From the IMG/VR virus record IMGVR_UViG_2788499997_000004: DNA of 15,916 nucleotides, one strand, 5' to 3'. This stretch comes from a virus (Duplodnaviria > Heunggongvirae > Uroviricota > Caudoviricetes). The position numbers and the translations under genes are program-made. The notes under the pieces were generated by a model. The model worked only from the letters and a program-made list of their open reading frames with translations, was not told the DNA's origin and did not search any database. Of the stretch, positions 1 through 5,814 are shown one piece after another (position 1 is the first letter of the stretch; every line of letters starts with the position of its first letter).

Positions 1-327
1 CCAGCCCTTGCATCAAATAGCCTTGAAACAACGAATGAAGTTCAAAAAATCCTTCAAACACTCAATGCAAAAACTGACAATGTATCTCGCTATACAGAAG
101 TCCCACAGATTATGGCAAACTACAATGATAATCTCATCAGTTTTGCCATGTCTACAGAAACCATGCTGGAAACAATGCTTGGAAATTATACATCCAGCGA
201 TTATATGGCGTGGGCTGAAAGTGCATATAATGATTTTGTTGACTCACTGAATACTTTAAAATATTTAAGAAGTCAGATTGACTTTGTTATATATAGAAAT
301 GTATATGGAGGTGAAGAGAATGAATAA
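1..327 (+). CDS. Hypothetical protein, 5'-truncated by the window edge
   Basis: Frame 1 is open from base 1 (PALASNSLETTNEVQKIL...) to TAA 325-327, so the 112..327 ORF is only its C-terminus. The stop overlaps the start of the next gene (ATG 320). Confidence 0.75.
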   Translation, partial: PALASNSLETTNEVQKILQTLNAKTDNVSRYTEVPQIMANYNDNLISFAMSTETMLETMLGNYTSSDYMAWAESAYNDFVDSLNTLKYLRSQIDFVIYRNVYGGEENE

Positions 328-1534
328 TGATTCCCTTATCATGCAATACGATGCACAGATTAATAGGATTGAAAAAGAATATAGAGAAGCTCAATCAAGG
401 GCAAAGAGTCTAAGAAAAAACCTCGAAACAATCGCTGAAAAAACCTGCAATTTTAAATATGCTATCAAACAACTGGGTGGCCCTAATGAAATCTTCAAGA
501 TGAGTGATGGCCAGTTAAGAGATTTCATCATTACCAATATCATAGAGCAGAAGCAGGAATTTATGCAGAATATTCGAGAATTACAGCAATTATATCTGGA
601 ATGTCAAAGAGAAAATCAGGAATTGGCTTCTAAGGTGTTGTCGCTTCAGGAAGCATTGGAGAGAAATGAGGGAAATAATAAAATCTTGCATGCATCTACA
701 CCACCTCCTCCAACATTTTCAAATAGTGAAGAGCCTTCTCAGGATAAAGCAGTGGTAGACGACAAGCTGATTATGGGAGGAGAAGTGTATGATATTGCAA
801 GAGTTGTTCAAAGACTCACAGTATACCAGGAAGAAATCGTCAAAGTCATGGGAGAAAAGGGTTATTCGGAAACTGCCGAGATTTTTGGTGAGGTTATGAA
901 AAGGATTGATATTCAGGAAACAACACTGAAGAATGAGATGAGAAACCTTTCTGAAAAGCTTGTTGTAGAGAGTGAATCCATTTCAACATTTCTAAGAAGA
1001 AACCTATCGCTGTATAGATTAACGCAACTTGGAGAAGCAGTCTATAAACGATTAACAGAAAAAACTCCTGTTAAAGCTCAAAGGGATAAATTGGAATCAC
1101 AGCATTCAACGCTTGAACATGCCTATCTCATAAAAGATACTGCGAGTATCCTTGAAACTTTAGGTTATACAAATGTCACATATGATTCAAAAGACAATCA
1201 GATTCAGGTTGCGGGTGGTAACAGATATGTCCCAGATATCAGTGCCGATTTTTCTCCTACAGTCAAGACTTACTGGGAATGCGAATTAGGACATCATAAA
1301 GATGCAGACTTTTTTGAAAAGTTACAGAAAGCAGCAAAGGTGACTGATACGCTTTATGTCATTACTCCACGTAAGGAAGTATCTGATAAAATGAAAAAAC
1401 AGATTGGTAGATATAAGGCTTCAGTTGTGACAAAACAGATGAAAACGCAGTTGATAGTTTTTGTAGGGACAATCAGTCAATTGAAGACAAGACAGTTGTT
1501 CTCTAATAAGGATTGTCAAATAAAAATAGGGTAG
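320..1534 (+). CDS. Replication-relaxation (Replic_Relax)-like protein with N-terminal coiled coil, 404 aa
   Basis: SD GGAGGTG 307-313 favours ATG 320 over 278. Architecture: ~110-aa coiled coil, TPPPPT linker, wHTH wing LYRLTQLGEAVY, HSTLEHAYLIKD, then PD-(D/E)xK-like YVPDISA...YWECELG...FFEKL. This matches the Replic_Relax motif order as recalled. Confidence 0.65.
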   Translation: MNNDSLIMQYDAQINRIEKEYREAQSRAKSLRKNLETIAEKTCNFKYAIKQLGGPNEIFKMSDGQLRDFIITNIIEQKQEFMQNIRELQQLYLECQRENQELASKVLSLQEALERNEGNNKILHASTPPPPTFSNSEEPSQDKAVVDDKLIMGGEVYDIARVVQRLTVYQEEIVKVMGEKGYSETAEIFGEVMKRIDIQETTLKNEMRNLSEKLVVESESISTFLRRNLSLYRLTQLGEAVYKRLTEKTPVKAQRDKLESQHSTLEHAYLIKDTASILETLGYTNVTYDSKDNQIQVAGGNRYVPDISADFSPTVKTYWECELGHHKDADFFEKLQKAAKVTDTLYVITPRKEVSDKMKKQIGRYKASVVTKQMKTQLIVFVGTISQLKTRQLFSNKDCQIKIG

Positions 1535-1563
1535 TTATTCTAAAAGAATGACTATCCTTTTTT
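1529..1563 (+). terminator. Intrinsic terminator overlapping the stop codon
   Basis: GGGTAGTTATTC-taaaa-GAATGACTATCC stem (with G-U pairs) followed by T6. Confidence 0.75.
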
Positions 1564-1607
1564 GTATAGAAAAAAAGCCTCATAAGTGGCTCTTAAAAAG
1601 TGTCTAT

Positions 1608-2138
1608 CTATGGAATATTGTTTATAATCTCGCTATTTTCATCATACAATTGAAAATTATTAGCAGAAGGGTTATTGCTTCCATCTATCAAGTAGATATC
1701 TAATATATATTCATTGTTTAGTTCATTAGTATATGATTTGTTTTGATTTTCAAAAGAGTATTTGATAGCTTTTACGTTGTTTTTACCATATACAACAATT
1801 ATACTTCTCTCGTTTTCGAGATAATTAAAAGTATCAATATCCTGCGACGAGTCAGAACTTCCATAAAAATTGTATTTTGTTGAAAATAAATCATGATTTT
1901 CTTCGTATATCACAAGATGACATTCAGCAGCATTGTCCTGATATAGAACGAAATAAAGGTCATCTTTATATTTTATTTTCTCAATAGACTCGAAATTTTT
2001 ATCTCTTTGAGAAATGTCCTGAATCAAGAAGGGTAAAAAATCCTGAGAACGAGATAATATAACCACCCATAAAAGTGAAAGAACAAGTATTCCACTTAAA
2101 AATATATAAAATAAATGAATCCTTTTCATCTTACTCAT
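1608..2138 (-). CDS. Hypothetical membrane-anchored protein, 176 aa
   Basis: One N-terminal hydrophobic helix (LFYIFLSGILVLSLLWVVIL) then a soluble domain. The start overlaps the stop of the upstream gene. Confidence 0.75.
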   Translation of the reverse strand: MSKMKRIHLFYIFLSGILVLSLLWVVILSRSQDFLPFLIQDISQRDKNFESIEKIKYKDDLYFVLYQDNAAECHLVIYEENHDLFSTKYNFYGSSDSSQDIDTFNYLENERSIIVVYGKNNVKAIKYSFENQNKSYTNELNNEYILDIYLIDGSNNPSANNFQLYDENSEIINNIP

Positions 2139-2670
2139 TATTTGCTATCTGATTATATAAGCTTTGCACCTTTGGATATAGACAATGTATTGGATAATAA
2201 ATCAATATTCCTATACATATACTGATGAGATGAATGATGATATCACCGAAATCATATACATACTGCACATATAAAGTTAAAAAATTAATAAGTAACTGTA
2301 AATTTTCTATACCAAATATAATAGCAACAGAAATCAAAATTGTATTTTTAAGTGGAAATTCTTTTCTTAATATAAATCCAAATGGAATAAATAATACAAA
2401 ATGGAAAAGAGTGTATTCGGGTAGTAACTCCAATTTTAATATAGGATGATAGAAATCAACAGCCCACCTTAATTCTTCTCCAAAATGATAATTTTCTCCA
2501 GGATTTAAAACAAAAGGGAAAAATAAGACACTAATGACAAATGATATATATATTCCCACAAATCCTGAATAAAGTAATGAATAATTTTTAAAAAAGTAAA
2601 GAAAAGAGAATATAATTATTGCAATCACAATAAACAAAGGTATAGGAAATTGAATGATGTTCGAATCCAT
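2131..2670 (-). CDS. VanZ-like family membrane protein, 179 aa
   Basis: VanZ-like motifs HFVLFIPFGFIL, IFGIENLQLL and YDFGDIIIH, with ~5 TM segments. SD GGAG 6 nt before ATG 2670, inside the end of the upstream gene. Confidence 0.75.
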   Translation of the reverse strand: MDSNIIQFPIPLFIVIAIIIFSFLYFFKNYSLLYSGFVGIYISFVISVLFFPFVLNPGENYHFGEELRWAVDFYHPILKLELLPEYTLFHFVLFIPFGFILRKEFPLKNTILISVAIIFGIENLQLLINFLTLYVQYVYDFGDIIIHLISICIGILIYYPIHCLYPKVQSLYNQIANNE

Positions 2671-2671
2671 T

Positions 2672-3112
2672 TTAATCTCCAAAAATCACTCTTATTTGCC
2701 CATAGACTTTTCTACCAGAATATATATCTGCATAAGAGCTAGTAAGTCTAATAGAATATTTACCAGAAGGTAATTCACCCCAGCTTACAAATTTTCCAGA
2801 AGTCATCGCAACTGTTTTCTCTTTACCTGTTCTAGTTCCATCTCTAACGAGCTCAAAAGTCATTGTTTCTTTTGGCATATTTGTATCTGGATATAATGTA
2901 ATACTAATGCCACCTTTATTTGGAACATAACTACTAATACTAGCAGGAGTTTCATAATAATTACTAAAACTATAGGAATATGTAACAGTATTAGCAGTAC
3001 GTGTACTTATGTTTGGTTGCTGACTAGAAGAAATATTTTCTAAAGCATAAGTATTAGAAATCATACCAAAAGATAATAAACATGCTAAACATGCACAAAC
3101 TATTTTTTTCAT
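2672..3112 (-). CDS. Secreted hypothetical protein with Sec signal peptide, 146 aa
   Basis: SD AAGGAG. MKKIVCACLACLLSFGMISNTYA|LE fits an SPase I site. The mature part is S/T/Y-rich and looks beta-rich. Confidence 0.8.
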   Translation of the reverse strand: MKKIVCACLACLLSFGMISNTYALENISSSQQPNISTRTANTVTYSYSFSNYYETPASISSYVPNKGGISITLYPDTNMPKETMTFELVRDGTRTGKEKTVAMTSGKFVSWGELPSGKYSIRLTSSYADIYSGRKVYGQIRVIFGD

Positions 3113-3151
3113 ATTATATTTCTCCTTAATATTTGTAATTTACGGCCGCAA

Positions 3152-3174
3152 ATGTATTTTATCACGTAATACAT
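3152..3174 (-). promoter_or_regulatory. Extended -10 promoter of the 3-gene operon with overlapping inverted repeat
   Basis: Minus strand TGaTAAAAT (3164-3156). Inverted repeat ATGTATT (3152-3158) / AATACAT (3168-3174) flanks it. The -35 is weak. Confidence 0.45.
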
Positions 3175-3271
3175 GCTAAATGTAATAAACTTTTTTAAAG
3201 ATTATGTTAAGATAATGTAAATAGAGAAGAGAACCTTGAAAACGACATTTAGTAAATAAACAAATTATATA

Positions 3272-3300
3272 TTGAAAAATTTAGGAAAATATGTTATAAT
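3272..3300 (+). promoter_or_regulatory. Near-consensus sigma-A promoter
   Basis: TTGAAA (3272-3277), 17-bp spacer, TGtTATAAT (-10 at 3295-3300). Confidence 0.75.
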
Positions 3301-3306
3301 AACAAA

Positions 3307-3440
3307 TGAAAGAAAGGAAGTGTACCAATATTAATTTATTTTAATTAAAACAGCTTTAGAATCTGCCATATAACAATTAAAGCTAAAAAATATGTTATGA
3401 ATCAAGGTACACTATGACTTCTTTTATAGAAGTCTTTTTC
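3307..3440 (+). ncRNA. Candidate ~130-nt sRNA or attenuator leader
   Basis: Follows the promoter. Helices AGTGTACC 3319-3326 / GGTACACT 3406-3413 and AGCTTTA 3352-3358 / TAAAGCT 3378-3384. Ends in a terminator-like hairpin. No credible ORF. Confidence 0.45.
3416..3439 (+). terminator. Intrinsic terminator-like hairpin
   Basis: GACTTCT-tttat-AGAAGTC followed by TTTTT. Confidence 0.55.
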
Positions 3441-3444
3441 TTTA

Positions 3445-4100
3445 TCAATTTTATAAAGGTTTCATTCACACCTGGAGATAGTGTTTCTCAATTTATCTGT
3501 CTGGAAAGGAGGATTAAAGACAAGACAGGAGATGAAGTGAATGGGGTTTTATCAGCCCACATAGAATTTGTAATCTGCGGAAAAACTTATGCCTGTATTG
3601 TATAATTTCTGGCTCCCAGGACATTATATAGTGCAGGGGTAACATAAGGGCAAGACCAATGAGATACAACCAACCTCCATCATGTCTAAAGTTGGTTTCT
3701 ATGAAAATCGATACTGATATTCTAGTTGCTATTGGTGTATAGGATGTCGAGCTCGTAAACCCTCAAAGCCCAGATGGCGAGGTTGATAAGATACCTTATA
3801 CTGTTAAAGTCTAGATAATGCCCGGTGAGTTCTACCATGTAATATTTATATTGCTAAAATGACGGCGTGGAAGATGGTACCAGCAGACGAGGGAGGTCTG
3901 GACTGGTAGGGGGCAGTTCCCTTTTTAAGGTGTTTTGGAAACCCATGGAAGCATGGCAAAAGTCATGTAACTGTAACTGAGAAAACCTCGCGACGACTGA
4001 CCGACCGACGGAATACTCAATCCCTAGATGAGATAGTTTAACTATCTCCGTGTTTGATAGACCAATGCGTCTAGTCAAACCCTAGGGGGATTTTTTTATT
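3445..4100 (+). ncRNA. Candidate large structured non-coding element (RNA or ssDNA), family unassigned
   Basis: GC ~44% by hand count over 3601-4260, against ~15-20% in sampled lines just downstream. No ORF with a credible start. Many nested helices. Ends in a 3-way junction followed by T7 at 4091-4097. Confidence 0.55.
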
Positions 4101-4104
4101 TACA

Positions 4105-4256
4105 AGGGTGCTTCCTGCTCAGAGCTTCTCTCCCTCTAGAATGAAAGGTGGGAGCGAGCCCCTGTTTTTATCGAATGTTTTTATAAATTATGTAAGAACA
4201 GTTAGGGCAATGGCGAGCTTCCTTGGAAGCTCTGGGTGGGAGCACCTCCGTGCTCT
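4105..4256. other. GC-rich hairpin cluster (candidate oriT/sso-type element)
   Basis: GAGCTTCC-tt-GGAAGCTC (4215-4232) and GAGCAC-ctcc-GTGCTC (4240-4255). GAGCTTC...GGTGGGAGC is repeated near 4122-4156 and 4215-4243. Confidence 0.35.
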
Positions 4257-4281
4257 ACTTTAATGCAAAAGTTGGCTTTCG

Positions 4282-4412
4282 TAATAAAAAATTATCATTT
4301 TTATCCATATTTAGCCTTCTAATGATAAAAAATTATCACTCGTATCACAAAAATAGTGTTTCTATCATAAAAAGTAAGCTTTTGAGCCAAAGTGAGTGGT
4401 AAAAAAATATCA
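4282..4412. repeat. Three copies of palindrome TGATAA-AAAA-TTATCA
   Basis: 4323-4338 perfect, 4282-4297 one mismatch, 4397-4412 two mismatches. Confidence 0.6.
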
Positions 4413-4441
4413 TTTCTGTACAAATTAAAGAAATATCTATT

Positions 4442-4603
4442 CTTATATAATAGAAATATTCTTCTCTTACATCAGTAAAAGTTGTTTACTTTTGTAATAT
4501 ATTTCTTCTTATGTAATAGTAAAAGTTATTCACTTCTGTAACAGAAAAGTTAATTCATACATAAAGAGAAAAGTTTGATAGGGTTTTGATAGATTTTAGA
4601 TAG
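4442..4603. repeat. Degenerate ~22-24-bp tandem repeats (iteron-like) plus GATAG triplet
   Basis: AAAAGTT at 4477, 4521, 4545 and 4569. CTTwTrTAAYAG-like units at 4442, 4489, 4508 and 4533. GATAG occurs three times in 4578-4603. Confidence 0.6.
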
Positions 4604-4691
4604 TATTATTTTTTCTTTTGTATATAAATATAAGTTAAATAGATTATAATTAGGTTTTATAAGGTATTGCACTTATAATAGAATAATAGTT

Positions 4692-4732
4692 TTCTCAGAG
4701 AAGGTTACAGAGGCGTTCTCATTCTCAGAGAA
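4692..4732. repeat. Two copies of palindrome TTCTC-A-GAGAA
   Basis: 4692-4702 and 4722-4732, 30 bp apart. The second overlaps a predicted minus-strand -10. Confidence 0.6.
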
Positions 4733-4770
4733 TACTTTTTTTGTCTATATAATTCAAGTTATGCTTGAGT
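4729..4770 (-). promoter_or_regulatory. Operator TCAAG-N5-CTTGA over promoter TTGAAT-17-TATTCT, facing the repeat array
   Basis: Operator 4754-4768, -35 at 4757-4752, -10 at 4734-4729. The 20-mer AATTCAAGTTATGCTTGAGT is identical to 5246-5265. Confidence 0.55.
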
Positions 4771-4836
4771 TGGGAGCATATAGTGAGGGTTTTATAGGAG
4801 TGATTATTAACATAAATTAACAAAAATAAGTCACAT

Positions 4837-4903
4837 CTCAAGTTATACTTGAATAAGACAGAAAATATATCTTTTGTTGGGATGTTTATCAAGATTATTT
4901 TGA
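4837..4903 (+). promoter_or_regulatory. Two further TCAAG-N5-CTTGA operator copies
   Basis: 4838-4852 perfect (17-mer CAAGTTATACTTGAATA identical to 5470-5486). 4889-4903 has one mismatch. No -10 at 17-bp spacing for these copies. Confidence 0.55.
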
Positions 4904-4967
4904 GTATTGTTTTAGAAAACAGATGTTTTTGTTAGTTTTTCTCATAACATTAGTAATAGTGGTATAA

Positions 4968-4992
4968 TAAAAGAGCAGGGACAAGTCCCCGC
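4968..4992 (-). terminator. Intrinsic terminator of the minus-strand small ORF
   Basis: Minus strand GCGGGGA-cttg-TCCCTGC-tctttt. The stem pairs fully only on the minus strand (G-U) and starts 2 nt after the stop. Confidence 0.6.
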
Positions 4993-4994
4993 GT

Positions 4995-5183
4995 TTATTG
5001 CCTTTTCTGGCTCTTGTAGAATGTATCTACTAAATTGATTGTTACATCGGCAGTGATTGTAAGAACTAATGTGTCGAGAGGTAACATTTGTAGTGTTGTG
5101 AGCCATTCTATGATGTCCACTAAAATAATGAACAGAATGGCTTTCCAACTTTTCTTCAAGGCAGACAACAGTCTGCTTGCCAT
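4995..5183 (-). CDS. Small hydrophobic protein, 62 aa (MASRLLSALKKSWKAILFIILVDIIEWL...)
   Basis: Has its own promoter, SD GGAGGTG and terminator. The SD spacing is long (11-13 nt), and an out-of-frame ATG (5191) sits at better spacing. Confidence 0.5.
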   Translation of the reverse strand: MASRLLSALKKSWKAILFIILVDIIEWLTTLQMLPLDTLVLTITADVTINLVDTFYKSQKRQ

Positions 5184-5223
5184 AAAGACATTTTCACCTC
5201 CGTCGTTTGGAAGCGACAGAGGT

Positions 5224-5265
5224 ATTTTATTATATATATAAGTTAAATTCAAGTTATGCTTGAGT
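5224..5265 (-). promoter_or_regulatory. Operator TCAAG-N5-CTTGA over promoter TTGAAT-17-TAAAAT
   Basis: Operator 5249-5263, -35 at 5252-5247, -10 at 5229-5224. Confidence 0.65.
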
Positions 5266-5468
5266 CTAGACTGCATAAAAAGAGCTTATATAGATATAAA
5301 GTTGTCTATAGCGTATGTTCAATACAAGTTTATACTTTAAAAATACCTATAACACCATCTTTTTTTGTATGTGAGTTAGCTTAGACTAATATAGTTTGAA
5401 GAGCGTTGAGGAACCCCGTTATCGACGGTGTTATGAACAGTGTTATATGTTAAAGAGACAACATTCAT

Positions 5469-5508
5469 ACAAGTTATACTTGAATATGCCTACATTATTA
5501 CATAAAAT
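5469..5508 (+). promoter_or_regulatory. Operator (ACAAG-N5-CTTGA) over promoter TTGAAT-17-TAAAAT
   Basis: Operator 5469-5483, -35 at 5480-5485, -10 at 5503-5508. Mirror image of the 5224-5265 promoter. Confidence 0.65.
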
Positions 5509-5586
5509 AAAAGCGTACCAGCTCTAAATATATCTGGTACGTTGGTGATTATTATTTTAGGCGGTTGTTCGCAGGTACTTTTTCAT

Positions 5587-5745
5587 ATGTGCCTTCAATT
5601 CGCTATTCAATATATCACCGATATATTCCACCTCAATGACTACCAAGGAATTGTCGTGGAAGTTATCGTGATTGCAATGGTGAATATTGTTGTCATAATA
5701 ATTAACAATTTAAGAAATGACACTGGACAACAGGCCGAAAAGTAG
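5587..5745 (+). CDS. Small hydrophobic protein, ~52 aa (alternative TTG start 5542)
   Basis: Downstream of the promoter and an 8-bp 5' hairpin (5514-5541). TM-like IVVEVIVIAMVNIVVIII. Weak SD (AGGT). Confidence 0.4.
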   Translation: MCLQFAIQYITDIFHLNDYQGIVVEVIVIAMVNIVVIIINNLRNDTGQQAEK

Positions 5746-5772
5746 GGAACATACAAGATTTCCCCGCTTTTT
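5738..5772. terminator. Probable bidirectional terminator
   Basis: AAAAGTAGGGAA...TTCCCCGCTTTTTT between convergent ORFs. Confidence 0.45.
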
Positions 5773-5814
5773 TATTATAGCATAATAAATAGTATATTGA
5801 GAGGTTTTGTCTTA

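Noticed and set aside
8-250. 80-aa ORF
   Set aside because: Overlaps the longer open frame 1..327, which is coupled to the next gene. No SD.
2234-2449. 71-aa plus-strand ORF
   Set aside because: Antisense shadow of the VanZ-like gene.
2131-2670. vanZ as a glycopeptide-resistance determinant
   Set aside because: VanZ-like proteins are widespread. No vanHAX/vanRS genes here, so no gene symbol or resistance claim.
3307-3440. Known riboswitch (preQ1, fluoride, etc.)
   Set aside because: No aptamer consensus recognised and no regulated CDS downstream.
3414-4078. ORFs 3414..3605 (+) and 3854..4078 (-)
   Set aside because: No SD and no recognisable motifs. Better explained as chance frames in a GC-richer structured region.
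3445-4260. Group II intron, retron msr-msd, tRNA, tmRNA or RNase P
   Set aside because: No domain V-like catalytic hairpin or GUGYG...AY ends found on either strand, no RT gene in the window, and no cloverleaf or other hallmark recognised. Only a covariance-model search can fully exclude these.
4942-5241. ORFs 4942..5148 (-) and 5035..5241 (+)
   Set aside because: Overlap the better supported 4995..5183 ORF and lack promoter, SD and terminator support.
5221-5248. dif-like Xer site (right arm ATAAGTTAAAT, repeated at 4630-4640)
   Set aside because: The left arm matches poorly, the context is very AT-rich, and the sequence is already explained as a promoter spacer and -10.
4442-5486. CRISPR array
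   Set aside because: The tandem units are degenerate with no unique spacers. The TCAAG copies are irregularly spaced and alternate in orientation. No cas genes.
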